Positions 49,260 to 59,235 are shown, counted from the first letter of the stretch. The stretch: DNA of 64,000 bases from Elusimicrobiota bacterium (GCA_016180425.1 JACPBF010000001.1:453447-517446), one strand, 5' to 3'. Notes: generated by a model from the sequence alone, not told the origin. Made by a program: numbers and translations.

Positions 49260-50723
49260 ATGAATTATGAATGTGTCATTGGTTTAGAAGTGCATGTTCA
49301 GATCAATACTGAAAGCAAACTTTTCTGCTCATGCCCCACTTTCTTTGGAGCCACTCCTAATAGCCAGATTTGCCCGATTTGCGCAGGCTATCCAGGGGTT
49401 TTACCCGTGCTCAATAAAAAAGCGGTTGAATCTTTAATAAAAACCGCTTTGGCTTTGGATTGCGCTGTAAATCAGGAATCTATTTTTGCCAGAAAACAAT
49501 ATTTTTATCCTGACCTTCCTAAAAATTATCAAATTTCCCAGTATGAAAAACCTTTGGCGGAAAATGGAATTTTAATTCCTTTTTCCACAACCGGAGAAGA
49601 TAAAAAAATAAAAATTAAAAGAATTCATTTGGAAGAAGATGCGGGAAAGTTAATTCATACCATTGGAGCCACAGAGTTAGACTATTCTTTAGTGGATCTC
49701 AACCGCACAGGCATACCGCTCATGGAAATTGTCTCAGACCCTGATATAACTTCCGCAAAACAGGCTCAAGATTATTTGACTACGCTCAAGATGATCTTAG
49801 AATACCTAAAGGTTTCGGATTGTGATATGGAAAAAGGATCTCTCCGCTGTGATGCCAATATCTCAATTCGTCCAGTTGGAACCAAGACCTTAGGCAATCG
49901 AGTCGAGCTAAAAAACATGAACTCTTTTCGAGGAGTACACGACGCTTTAGTCTTTGAAATGGAACGACAAATACAAGTGCTTGAATCCGGTGGACGAATT
50001 GTTCAAGAGACCAGGCTCTGGGACACAGATCGTAAAGAGTCAGAATCCATGCGTTCCAAAGAAGAGGCGCATGACTACCGTTATTTTCCTGAACCAGATC
50101 TCCTGCCTTTAAAAGTCACAATGCCTTGGATTGAAGAGATCCGAGACCAGCTGCCTGAGCTGCCTCATCAAAAACGTAAGCGTTTCATCCAAACCTACTC
50201 CCTTTCAGAATATGACACCATGGTGCTTACATCCAACCCTGAATTAGCTGAGTTCTATGAAAAATCCGTATCATTTCTCCCCCAAAAAAAAGAAGCTGCT
50301 AAACTTATTTCTAATTGGTTAACCACTGAACTCCTGGGCCGTTTAAACTCCTCTAATAAAACAATTTCAGAATCGCCAATTAACCCAGAGTCCTTAAGCG
50401 AACTAGTTAAACTAATTCTGGATGGCGTTATCAGCGGTAAAATAGCTAAAAATGTGTTTGAAGAAATGTGGAAGGAACATAAAAAACCCAGCCATGTGGT
50501 GAAAGAAAAAGGCTGGGTGCAAGTACAGGATGAAAAGGAGATTGAAAATTGGGTAACCCTTTCCATTGCCCAAAATCCTAAAGCTGTGGAAGAATTTACA
50601 AAGGGAAAAGAAAAAGCATTGGGAGCTTTAGTGGGCGCTGTGATGAAATTTTCTAAAGGGCAGGCAAATCCTGAGCTGGTGCATCAAATTTTACAAAAAA
50701 AATTAGTTAAAAAAAACGATTGA
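49260..50723 (+). CDS. gatB: Asp-tRNA(Asn)/Glu-tRNA(Gln) amidotransferase subunit B
   Basis: The protein starts MNYECVIGLEVHVQINT and contains the conserved block RCDANISIRPVG. It ends with TGA. Confidence 0.93.
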   Translation: MNYECVIGLEVHVQINTESKLFCSCPTFFGATPNSQICPICAGYPGVLPVLNKKAVESLIKTALALDCAVNQESIFARKQYFYPDLPKNYQISQYEKPLAENGILIPFSTTGEDKKIKIKRIHLEEDAGKLIHTIGATELDYSLVDLNRTGIPLMEIVSDPDITSAKQAQDYLTTLKMILEYLKVSDCDMEKGSLRCDANISIRPVGTKTLGNRVELKNMNSFRGVHDALVFEMERQIQVLESGGRIVQETRLWDTDRKESESMRSKEEAHDYRYFPEPDLLPLKVTMPWIEEIRDQLPELPHQKRKRFIQTYSLSEYDTMVLTSNPELAEFYEKSVSFLPQKKEAAKLISNWLTTELLGRLNSSNKTISESPINPESLSELVKLILDGVISGKIAKNVFEEMWKEHKKPSHVVKEKGWVQVQDEKEIENWVTLSIAQNPKAVEEFTKGKEKALGALVGAVMKFSKGQANPELVHQILQKKLVKKND

Positions 50724-50759
50724 CAGGCTAAATATAAATTTGTATTTTAATCCAACTTT

Positions 50760-52184
50760 ATGATCCCTATTCGATTTGGAACTGCTGGCTGGAGAGCTAT
50801 CATTGCAAAAGATTTTACCTTTGGCAATGTAAGAATTGTGGCTCAAGCGATTGCAGACTATCTGCGTTCAGAAAAATTGCACCATCGCCAACTCATTGTG
50901 GGATACGATTCCCGTTTTCTTTCAGAAGACTTTGCGCGCGCAGTGACTGAGGTTTTAACCGGCAACAGCATTCAAGTGATCCTATGCAATCGAGATTCCC
51001 CTACGCCTGCTATCGCCTTAGAAATACTAAAGAGAAAAGCCGCAGGATCAGTGAACATTACCGCCAGCCACAACCCTCCGGAATATTCAGGAATTAAATT
51101 CTCTAGCGCCTGGGGCGGGCCTGCATTGCCGGAAGTCACTCGCTCCATTGAAGAACGTTGCGCCCTGCATATGAGCGATGGCAAAAATTTGCCCAGGCTT
51201 TCCCTAAATGACGGACGCAAAAAAAAATTAGTTGTAGATTTTGATCCTAAACCCAGCTACATAAAACAAATCTATAAACTCATAGATTTTAAAGCTTTAA
51301 AGCGGGCGAAACTTTCCTGTGTCTGCGATCTCCAGTATGGCACTGCCAGAGATTATCTGGATAATCTTTTAGAAGATGCTGGATGCAAAGTAACCATCCT
51401 GCACAACTATAGAGATGTTCTTTTTGGCGGCCATGCCCCAGATCCATCTCAAGAAAATTTAACGGAACTCATCTCGATCATGAAAAAACAAAAATCTGAC
51501 ATTGGCCTTTCTACGGATGGGGATGCGGACCGATTTGGAATTATTGATTCAGATGGAACTTTTCTTACCCCTAATGAAATTCTGCCTCTGGTCTTAGATC
51601 ACATTGTGCGCACCAGAAACTGGAAAGGGGTTGTTGCCAGATCTGTGATGACCAGCCATTTTCTGGATGCTGTAGCCAAAATGCATAATATTGAAGTAAG
51701 GGAAACACCGGTTGGATTTAAATATATTGCTGAAATCATGCTTAAAGAAAATTTTATTCTTGGAGGGGAAGAATCCGGAGGGCTTACCATTAAAGGGCAT
51801 ATTCCGGAAAAAGACGGCATTTTAGCCTGCCTGCTTTTGGCTGAAGTAAGAGCTGTTTCCAAAAAACCTTTAAGACAATGTCTATTGGAACTCCAGAAAA
51901 AAGTAGGATCTTTCTTAACCCACCGTTTAAATTTCCATCTCATGCCTGAAAAAATGAATGCCTTAAAAGAAAAACTTTCCACACATCCCCCCACAAACTT
52001 AGGGGGCTTCACAGTCAGAAGAATAGTGGATTTAGATGGATTTAAATTTATTATGAAAGATCAATCCTGGCTGGGCATTCGCTTATCTGGAACTGAGCCT
52101 GTGGTTCGGCTTTATGCGGAAAGCGATTCTGAAAAAAAACTAAATCAACTCGTTTCCCACGGTAAATCACTGGTCGGCGCCTAA
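50760..52184 (+). CDS. Phosphoglucomutase/phosphomannomutase family protein
   Basis: 474 aa with the active-site motif TASHNPPEYSGIK and the metal loop DGDADR. Confidence 0.88.
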   Translation: MIPIRFGTAGWRAIIAKDFTFGNVRIVAQAIADYLRSEKLHHRQLIVGYDSRFLSEDFARAVTEVLTGNSIQVILCNRDSPTPAIALEILKRKAAGSVNITASHNPPEYSGIKFSSAWGGPALPEVTRSIEERCALHMSDGKNLPRLSLNDGRKKKLVVDFDPKPSYIKQIYKLIDFKALKRAKLSCVCDLQYGTARDYLDNLLEDAGCKVTILHNYRDVLFGGHAPDPSQENLTELISIMKKQKSDIGLSTDGDADRFGIIDSDGTFLTPNEILPLVLDHIVRTRNWKGVVARSVMTSHFLDAVAKMHNIEVRETPVGFKYIAEIMLKENFILGGEESGGLTIKGHIPEKDGILACLLLAEVRAVSKKPLRQCLLELQKKVGSFLTHRLNFHLMPEKMNALKEKLSTHPPTNLGGFTVRRIVDLDGFKFIMKDQSWLGIRLSGTEPVVRLYAESDSEKKLNQLVSHGKSLVGA

Positions 52185-52205
52185 CCCGAACAATTCAGTT
52201 GGATT

Positions 52206-53927
52206 GTGGGATTCGAACTATTAATGATTTGGTTTAATTTAAAATTAATCCATAAAAACCTTATTTTCCTGTTTCTCTTAGTTCCCACGCTTTTCTACAC
52301 TGGGACTTATGATCCATTCATCATAAAAAAATTCCTGGCTTTAATCTTCATTTTCCTCGGGAGTTGGCTCTGGATCATTCGACAATTAGAAAATAAAATC
52401 CCATTTCAAAAACCATCCCTGCTGATTCCTCTGATTCTGTTTTTAAGTTCAGTCATTCTTTCAGCAAAAAATGCTTTATACCCCGCTCTTATTTTTGACT
52501 ATTTCCTCTGGACACTGGCTTTAGGTTTGCTTTATCTTTTAAGTTCGCAAATAAATAATCAAAATATTAAAGAAAATTTATTTTTTACTATTGCTCTGGC
52601 CACCGCCATTTCCGGAATTTACGGCGCATTCCAACATTTTGGTTTTGATTTTGTTCCTTGGACAAAAAAATGGGATGCCCGACCAGGCTCAACTTTCGGC
52701 AACCCAAACTTTGCCGCAGGATGGTGGATACTCACAACCCCTATTTTTCTTGCGCTCTCTCTGAAACAAAGGCAAGAAAAACGTTCTCACTTATTCTTTA
52801 GCCTAACAGCATTGATCGGTCTGTTAAATCTTTATTGGAGTAGAACCGAAGGCGCGTGCTTAGCTCTCCTCTTATCCCTTATTTTAGGAATTGGATTTTA
52901 TCTCACTTATGTTAAAAAAGAAAAAAATAAATTTTTAATGCCTGCCTATTTTTTAATTTGCATTATAATCTTATCCGGACTTAGCCTTTGGATAATCCAA
53001 GAATGGAAAAAGCGCATGCAAGACCAATCGTTAAGAGAAAGAATCTTTAAATGGGAAACTGCCAAAGAGATTATTAAAGCCAACCCTGTTTTTGGAGTTG
53101 GAGCCAACCACTTAAAAGTGCATTTTGCTCTTTACCAGGCAGAAGTTAAAAAAAGAATGCGGATACAGCTAATCTCCACAAGCGAATCAAACGTGCATAA
53201 TGAATTCCTGCAAATTTGGGCAGAGCTTGGGATACTTGGACTCTTCTCCTTTCTCCTCATCTTTATCCAATGGTTTTGGAAAATGATTAAATCCTTAAAC
53301 AATCAAAAAGAAAAACTACTAGAAAATATAGGGCTTTTAACCAGTCTTCTTTCATTTCTTTTTTATAGTCTTACTAACTTTCCTTTTCATCATGTTCCCA
53401 CTGCTTGTCTATCCTTTTTTATTCTAGGAATAAACGAGTCTGCAATAAATAATCTGCCTTTAATCAAAAATGAAAAAACTATTTCCCAAAACATTTTTTT
53501 AAAAATAAGCGGAATCTTTTTATTTGGGCTTCTTTTTATTAAATGGATCCTGCCTGCTTTTAAAGCTGACCTTTTTCGCTTAAAAGGAGAGAATGCTTTC
53601 TTAAGCAAAGATTTTGAAACCGCAGTTCAATTCTATAAAAAAGCGATTCGCTTAGACTTTTATCATTCGGAAAGAACCGCCTACAGCTTAGCTGAATCTT
53701 TAAGGGCCCAAGGTAAAATTAATGAAGCGCTGGAAGCCTACCAAATCTCAGCGGCTTTAAGAAATTATGGAGAAGTTTACAATAATATTGGAAATTGCTA
53801 TTATCTTTTGCGCAATAAAAATGCGGCGATCGAAAATTGGAAAAAAGCTATCCAACTTGGCTTACCAGATGAAAATGCTCAAAAACAAGCAGAAGAAAAC
53901 CTTAAAATTATCCTTGAAAATAATTAA
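52206..53927 (+). CDS. O-antigen ligase (Wzy_C) family protein with C-terminal TPR repeats
   Basis: 573 aa polytopic membrane protein with the NVHNEFLQIWAELGILG signature and TPR repeats at the C-terminus. Confidence 0.8.
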   Translation: MGFELLMIWFNLKLIHKNLIFLFLLVPTLFYTGTYDPFIIKKFLALIFIFLGSWLWIIRQLENKIPFQKPSLLIPLILFLSSVILSAKNALYPALIFDYFLWTLALGLLYLLSSQINNQNIKENLFFTIALATAISGIYGAFQHFGFDFVPWTKKWDARPGSTFGNPNFAAGWWILTTPIFLALSLKQRQEKRSHLFFSLTALIGLLNLYWSRTEGACLALLLSLILGIGFYLTYVKKEKNKFLMPAYFLICIIILSGLSLWIIQEWKKRMQDQSLRERIFKWETAKEIIKANPVFGVGANHLKVHFALYQAEVKKRMRIQLISTSESNVHNEFLQIWAELGILGLFSFLLIFIQWFWKMIKSLNNQKEKLLENIGLLTSLLSFLFYSLTNFPFHHVPTACLSFFILGINESAINNLPLIKNEKTISQNIFLKISGIFLFGLLFIKWILPAFKADLFRLKGENAFLSKDFETAVQFYKKAIRLDFYHSERTAYSLAESLRAQGKINEALEAYQISAALRNYGEVYNNIGNCYYLLRNKNAAIENWKKAIQLGLPDENAQKQAEENLKIILENN

Positions 53928-53954
53928 AAGCACTGGTCCTGGAGGCCACTTTTC

Positions 53955-55256
53955 ATGAACAAAATTCAATCAATAAAAGCGCGAGAAATTTTAGATTCAA
54001 GAGGAAACCCAACAGTAGAAGTGGAAGTGGCAATAGAAAAAAACAAATTTGGCAGGGCTGCTGTTCCCTCTGGAGCCTCTACCGGAGAACATGAAGCAGT
54101 GGAATTAAGAGATGGAGACAAAACGCGTTTTAATGGAAAAGGGGTCACAAAAGCTGTAGCAAACATCCATCAAAAAATCGCCCCGGAATTAGTTGGAATG
54201 GATGTGTCCCAACAGATAGAAATTGATCAAAAATTAAAAAATCTGGATGGCACCTCTAATAAAAGCTCTTTGGGAGCTAACGCAATTTTAGGAGTTTCTT
54301 TGGCTCTCATGCGAGCATCCGCCAAAGCGCAGGAAATACCTCTTTATGAGGCGATTCGCAGAGCTTATCATTTAAATCATAAAACCTATGCTCTGCCTGT
54401 GCCCATGATGAATATCTTAAATGGAGGAGCTCATGCAGACAACAATGTGGACCTGCAGGAATTTATGATCATGCCTCTAGGATCAAAAAATTTTGCGGAA
54501 GCTTTGCGCTGGGGTTCAGAAATTTTTCATCAATTAAAAACCGTTCTGCATAAAAGAAAATTAAATACTGCGGTAGGGGATGAGGGCGGATTCGCTCCAG
54601 ACCTAAAATCAAATGAAGAAGCAGTGGAAGCTATTTTAGAAGCAGTTCGTCTTGCTGGTTATAAAGCCGGCAGTGAAGTTGCCATTGCCTTAGATCCTGC
54701 AGCCAGCGAATTTTTTGAAAATAACAAATACCATTTAGAAGGAGAAACCAACGATCAAGTAAAAGATTCCCAGTCTATGGTCAAATTTTATGAAAACTGG
54801 ACTAGTAAATATCCAATTGTTTCCATAGAAGATGGCGTAGCGGAGGATGACTGGGAGGGATGGAAAATTTTAACTGAACGATTAGGCAAAAAAATACAAC
54901 TGGTTGGGGATGACCTTTTCTGCACCAATACTGTGCGTTTATCTGAAGGCATCCGCAAAGGGATCGCTAATTCTATCCTGATTAAACTAAACCAAATTGG
55001 CACTTTAAGTGAAACTGTGGAAGCGATTACTATGGCTCAAAATGCGGGTTACACCACTATTATTTCTCACCGCTCAGGCGAAACTGAGGATACTTTTATT
55101 GCGGATCTAGCGGTCGCCACCAATGCGGGTCAGATTAAAACAGGTTCTGCCTCTAGATCTGAACGCATTGCCAAATATAACCAGCTTTTACGCATAGAAG
55201 AACACCTTGGCTCCAAAGCTGAATATCCAGGCAAACAAGCGCTTCTTTTTAACTAG
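53955..55256 (+). CDS. eno: Enolase
   Basis: 433 aa with SIEDG and [14 protein letters not shown] motifs. Confidence 0.97.
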   Translation: MNKIQSIKAREILDSRGNPTVEVEVAIEKNKFGRAAVPSGASTGEHEAVELRDGDKTRFNGKGVTKAVANIHQKIAPELVGMDVSQQIEIDQKLKNLDGTSNKSSLGANAILGVSLALMRASAKAQEIPLYEAIRRAYHLNHKTYALPVPMMNILNGGAHADNNVDLQEFMIMPLGSKNFAEALRWGSEIFHQLKTVLHKRKLNTAVGDEGGFAPDLKSNEEAVEAILEAVRLAGYKAGSEVAIALDPAASEFFENNKYHLEGETNDQVKDSQSMVKFYENWTSKYPIVSIEDGVAEDDWEGWKILTERLGKKIQLVGDDLFCTNTVRLSEGIRKGIANSILIKLNQIGTLSETVEAITMAQNAGYTTIISHRSGETEDTFIADLAVATNAGQIKTGSASRSERIAKYNQLLRIEEHLGSKAEYPGKQALLFN

Positions 55257-55340
55257 CCCAAATCATTCATTTAGTTGTGAGAACCCCCCTTGGCTTTGCT
55301 CGGGACAGGCAAGATGAAAAAAATGGCTGGATTTTTATCG
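55257..55340 (+). repeat. Third copy of the TTGTGAGAAC(CCC) intergenic repeat family
   Basis: CCCAAATCATTCATTTAGTTGTGAGAACCCCCCTTGGCTTTGCTCGGGACAGGCAAGATGAAAAAAATGGCTGGATTTTTAT aligns along its length with copy A at 16889-16968. Confidence 0.55.
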
Positions 55341-55390
55341 TCTTACACAATCTAAATGAATTATTTAGTCTAGGTTAATCTTTTACTTGG

Positions 55391-55681
55391 ATGAAGGAAA
55401 TACCAGCTCGATGGAAATGGATCGCTCTTGGTTTAATTTTATCTATTCTTTTTCTATCCAGCGACTCCACCCGCTCTTATTGGAAAAAAAGAAGATATTA
55501 TAGCCATTTAAAAAAGCAGCTGGAAGAAATGAAAACTAAAAATAAAAATTTAAAGATTGAGATTGAACGTTTAAAAAATGACCCTAGTTTAATTGGGGAA
55601 GTTGCGCGCAAAGAACTAAGAATGAGCCAGCCCGGAGAAATTGAATATCGTTTTGTGATTGAACCATCCTCTAAAAATTAA
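55391..55681 (+). CDS. ftsB: Septum formation initiator (FtsB/DivIC family)
   Basis: 96 aa with an N-terminal TM helix, a coiled coil, and the motif PSLIGEVARKELRMSQPGEIEYRF. Confidence 0.75.
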   Translation: MKEIPARWKWIALGLILSILFLSSDSTRSYWKKRRYYSHLKKQLEEMKTKNKNLKIEIERLKNDPSLIGEVARKELRMSQPGEIEYRFVIEPSSKN

Positions 55682-55690
55682 TTTATATGC

Positions 55691-55772
55691 CTAGTGTGGT
55701 GTGACAGTAACGGCTTTACAATGGTCATCGTTGACGACATTCTGCAATGTTTTTTCGGATACACCACACTAG
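55691..55772. repeat. Perfect 12-bp inverted repeats (CTAGTGTGGTGT ... ACACCACACTAG) flanking a 58-nt core, followed by T5
   Basis: The arms are at 55691-55702 and 55761-55772. The core contains a nested palindrome ACATTctgcAATGT. Confidence 0.5.
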
Positions 55773-55816
55773 TTTTTGATAGCGCATTTTCAACCATGTT
55801 AAATTTAATTTAACCC

Positions 55817-56077
55817 ATGACACCTGTAGAAATGATTGGAATGATTGCGGCAGTTGCCATGCCTTTTTGGAATATTCCGCTGATTATAAAAATCTGGAAG
55901 AGGAAATCTTCAGAGGATATTAGCTTAGTTTGGGTCATGGGGGTATGGGTTTGCATTTTACTAATGTTTCCTTCTGCCTTAACTTCTCAAGATTTAGTTT
56001 TTAAAAGCTTTGGAATTGTAAACACACTTCTATTTACCTGCGTTGTAATCGCGGTATTCAAGTTTAGAAATCGTTAA
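55817..56077 (+). CDS. SemiSWEET-like (PQ-loop/MtN3 family) small 3-TM transporter
   Basis: 86 aa with three TM helices. The TM1 region FWNIPLIIKIWKRKSSEDISL parallels the SemiSWEET FLPQ..K..R...S.S pattern. Confidence 0.45.
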   Translation: MTPVEMIGMIAAVAMPFWNIPLIIKIWKRKSSEDISLVWVMGVWVCILLMFPSALTSQDLVFKSFGIVNTLLFTCVVIAVFKFRNR

Positions 56078-56219
56078 AAATCTGTCATCGTCAAAAATCT
56101 AAAAACAACTCCATAAAACAAAATATCATAAACAATCCCTCAACTTGAACGTCCAAGTGTAAACTTTAGTGGAGAGAGATTAGATTGAAATTTCGAGAAA
56201 CCTTTGGTAATCTATACCT

Positions 56220-56534
56220 ATGAATTCAGAAATTGATTTGATCGTGAATAGAATTGTCGAGCGTTTTCATCCACAAAAGATTATCCTTTTTGGTTCATAT
56301 GCAAATGGGACAGCTACAAAAGATAGCGATGTAGATTTATTGGTTATTATGCCTGTCTCTGGGTCTAAGCGTGACAAAATAATTGAAATTCGTGTTGCCA
56401 TAAGTGAAAGTCATCTATCTAAGGATATCTTTGTTGAAAGTCCGGAAAAGTTTGAGCGCTTTAAAAATATCATTGGTACAATAGCTTATCCCGCATTTAA
56501 GGAAGGAAAAGTGCTGTATGAAAAAGCAGCCTGA
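56220..56534 (+). CDS. Nucleotidyltransferase-domain protein (MNT-type antitoxin)
   Basis: 104 aa with the motif GSYANGTATKDSDVDLLV. Confidence 0.8.
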   Translation: MNSEIDLIVNRIVERFHPQKIILFGSYANGTATKDSDVDLLVIMPVSGSKRDKIIEIRVAISESHLSKDIFVESPEKFERFKNIIGTIAYPAFKEGKVLYEKAA

Positions 56535-56619
56535 AGAAATTTTATTCATTCTCGAAAAGGCAAATGGGGCTAGGCATTTATTCACTGACGGGAATTATCC
56601 GTTATCCTGGGGTTGCTAA
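56518..56619 (+). pseudogene. Possible truncated HEPN-toxin remnant (33 codons) overlapping the MNT stop
   Basis: The ATG at 56518 overlaps the MNT gene's 3' end, typical of MNT-HEPN pairs. The peptide MKKQPEEILFILEKANGARHLFTDGNYPLSWGC* resembles the first HEPN helix and then terminates. Confidence 0.3.
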
Positions 56620-56740
56620 TGCGCATGCTTGATAAAGAGAGACTTTCAGTAAGCCGTATGCTTCGAAAAAGTCATATGCGGTTTGAAAGGAGGACGCAGG
56701 GAACAGTAGCCTAACGGCTACCTGCACCTGTATTCTACCA

Positions 56741-57022
56741 ATGAAGATTCAATTTTCGGATCATGCCGAAATGCGGTTGAAGCTTAGAAAAATACCAAAG
56801 AAAGAGGTGGAGTTAATTCTAGAGCATCCGCAAAATCAATATTATGATGTGGCCACAAAAAATTTGATTGCTATTGGCAGAACAACGATTAATCGGAAAA
56901 ATATGTTATTGTCCGTTGCTTTTCAAGATATCTTTGGCGAAACCATTGTGATTACTGCGCATCCAATTACAAATACACAAGTTCAGAATAGAGTGCTTAA
57001 AGCGAGGTGGATTAAAGTATGA
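56741..57022 (+). CDS. DUF4258-family protein (putative toxin of a DUF4258/DUF2283 pair)
   Basis: 93 aa. MKIQFSDHAEMRLKLRKIPKKEVELIL matches the DUF4258 N-terminal pattern. Confidence 0.55.
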   Translation: MKIQFSDHAEMRLKLRKIPKKEVELILEHPQNQYYDVATKNLIAIGRTTINRKNMLLSVAFQDIFGETIVITAHPITNTQVQNRVLKARWIKV

Positions 57023-57249
57023 AAAAAAATAAAAAAATTCCTTTGGTTAATTATGATCCTAAAGTAGATATTTTGTATATCGCTACCAAGGGAGGATCTG
57101 AAGAGGGGTTTGTTGAAGTAGCACCTGGAGTCCAAGTAGAATTAGATAGTAAAAAACAGGTTATTGGTATTGAGATACTGAATGCTTCTCGATTTCTAAA
57201 GCCTATTTTAAAACCCCTGGAGCAAAAAGTTCAATTGGTTAGGAGTTAG
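57019..57249 (+). CDS. DUF2283-family protein (putative antitoxin partner)
   Basis: 76 aa. YDPKVDILYIA...QVIGIEILNASRF is the DUF2283 hallmark. It overlaps the upstream gene by 4 nt. Confidence 0.6.
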   Translation: MKKNKKIPLVNYDPKVDILYIATKGGSEEGFVEVAPGVQVELDSKKQVIGIEILNASRFLKPILKPLEQKVQLVRS

Positions 57250-57306
57250 GATTGGCTTTCGAACAGGTTCTATTGATCTGTGATCTGTTTTATTGCAAGA
57301 TTCGGA

Positions 57307-58395
57307 TTAAAATTGATTCAAGGCCCATAAAGCGTGCGTTCGCAGCATGGGGTCTGGATCTTCTTTAACGATTTTTTCTAAGTAAGGCGCTGCTTCTTTA
57401 AATTTTTGATTGGCGCTCACAATACAGCTATTCCTCACTAAACCGTTTCTTTTTGCTCTTAAAATCGGCGAGCCTTCAAATCTTTTTTTGAATTTCTCTT
57501 CGCTTTCTATTTGCAAGACTTCTAAAAGAGACAAGTAAAGACCTGCTCCAGTTTCTGGCAAAAATTCTTTCCATTGGGTTTCTTTAGAAAGTCCAGTATA
57601 AGGGCAAACGTCCTGACAAATATCACAACCAAAGATCCAGTCCCCAATACTTGGACGAAAATTTTCTGGAATTTCCCCCCTATGTTCTATGGTCCAATAA
57701 GAGATGCATTTGCGAGCATCCAAATTTCTAGAGCTTACCAGAGCTCCTGTAGGACATTCCACTAAACATTCCTTGCAGGAACCGCACTCATCTTTTGTAT
57801 TTGTAGAATTCAAAACTTTTATTTCATCGCTTTCAAGTTCTAAATTAGTAAGAACTTCGCATAAGAAAATAAATGAACCTAGTTTTCTACTGATCAGTAA
57901 AGTGTTTTTTCCCACAAAACCTAATCCTCCGCGCCTGGCAAAAGACCTTTCTAAAAAAGGGCTGGAATCCACTAAAATTTTATAGTGAAGTTCTTCCCCA
58001 ATATTTTCTTGCAAAAGTTTTACCCATGCTTCTAATCTTTTTTTTAAAACAATATGATAATCTTTTCCCCAGGCATATCTTGCCACTCTTCCAAACCCAA
58101 ATCTAGGCTCGATTCTCTTTGCTCCAGAAAAAAAATTAACGCCAAAAGTAATAACGCTTTTAACATCTGCTAAAAGATCCTGCGGCATCCACCTTCTGGG
58201 AACAACTCTGGACATATACGACAATTCCGCGGCATGCCCTTGTTCAACCCAACTTTTATACCGTTCCTCATCTAAAGGATCCGGATTTGCAGAGCTAATG
58301 GAAACTAGATCAAAACCAATTTGATAAGCTAACTTTTTTATCTCTTTTGCAGTCGGCATAAAAGTGATTTTTATTATAACATACTCTAAATTCAC
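57307..58395 (-). CDS. queG: Epoxyqueuosine reductase
   Basis: 362 aa with two 4Fe-4S ferredoxin motifs (CGSCKECLVECP and CDICQDVCP) and a C-terminal HEAT-like repeat. Confidence 0.88.
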   Translation of the reverse strand: MNLEYVIIKITFMPTAKEIKKLAYQIGFDLVSISSANPDPLDEERYKSWVEQGHAAELSYMSRVVPRRWMPQDLLADVKSVITFGVNFFSGAKRIEPRFGFGRVARYAWGKDYHIVLKKRLEAWVKLLQENIGEELHYKILVDSSPFLERSFARRGGLGFVGKNTLLISRKLGSFIFLCEVLTNLELESDEIKVLNSTNTKDECGSCKECLVECPTGALVSSRNLDARKCISYWTIEHRGEIPENFRPSIGDWIFGCDICQDVCPYTGLSKETQWKEFLPETGAGLYLSLLEVLQIESEEKFKKRFEGSPILRAKRNGLVRNSCIVSANQKFKEAAPYLEKIVKEDPDPMLRTHALWALNQF

Positions 58396-58500
58396 TAACC
58401 TAAAATATCGGTTGGCTAGAGAAACGAGGCGAAAAATCTAACTGAATGTTTCAGGTTAAAGCTCCGTATCAAATCAACCCGAATATTATAAAATGATTTT

Positions 58501-59139
58501 ATGCAACTGATTGAACATTATCTATCTCTGCAAGGAGAAGGGCTGCATACAGGGAAATTAACCTATTTTGTGCGTTTCGCGCGATGTAATTTACGCTGCG
58601 GTTGGTGTGACTCAACCTATACCTTTGGCAAAGGAAACCCTATTTCTTTTGAAACGATTACCCAAGCTATTAAAAAAAGCAGGACGCACTATGTTTGCCT
58701 TACTGGAGGCGAACCTTTATTGCATACAAAGGATTGCATTGAACTCATCCGCCATTTTCCAAATCTGCATTTTGATGTTGAAACCAGCGGCTCTATTGCG
58801 ATTCAGCCTGTACAGCTAAAGAATAGCTCTATCATCATGGATTGGAAACTGAACCACAGCAAAATGAGCCACAAAATGAAACAGGAAAACTTTAGCTGCC
58901 TGCGCAAAAATCAGGATCTGCTTAAATTTGTTACTGACGGCTCAAAGGAAGAACTAATGGAAATTTTAGAGATTGAGAAAAAAACAAAAAAATTTGGATT
59001 TTTAATTTCTCTGCAGCCTGTGTTTGGAACCAATCCAGAAAAATGCGCTAACTGGCTCATTTCTTTAAAAAATCCCAGATTTCAATTTAATCTCCAACTT
59101 CACAAAACAATCTGGTCTCCCACCCAAACCAAGGTTTAG
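58501..59139 (+). CDS. queE: 7-carboxy-7-deazaguanine synthase (radical SAM)
   Basis: 212 aa with FVRFARCNLRCGWCDS (Cx14CxxC QueE-type) and LTGGEPLL. Confidence 0.88.
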   Translation: MQLIEHYLSLQGEGLHTGKLTYFVRFARCNLRCGWCDSTYTFGKGNPISFETITQAIKKSRTHYVCLTGGEPLLHTKDCIELIRHFPNLHFDVETSGSIAIQPVQLKNSSIIMDWKLNHSKMSHKMKQENFSCLRKNQDLLKFVTDGSKEELMEILEIEKKTKKFGFLISLQPVFGTNPEKCANWLISLKNPRFQFNLQLHKTIWSPTQTKV

Positions 59140-59235
59140 CCTGAATATTGCGCTTATGAAAAAACTCTAGTCAAATTTAATTGTTGAAAAAAATGATAGA
59201 TTCTGTTATAGTTTTCACTGGTCCGAATAATTTAA

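Noticed and set aside
50255-52012. Minus-strand ORFs inside gatB and the phosphohexomutase gene (50255-50566, 50972-51220, 51594-51800, 51599-52012)
   Set aside because: These are antisense shadows of strongly supported genes.
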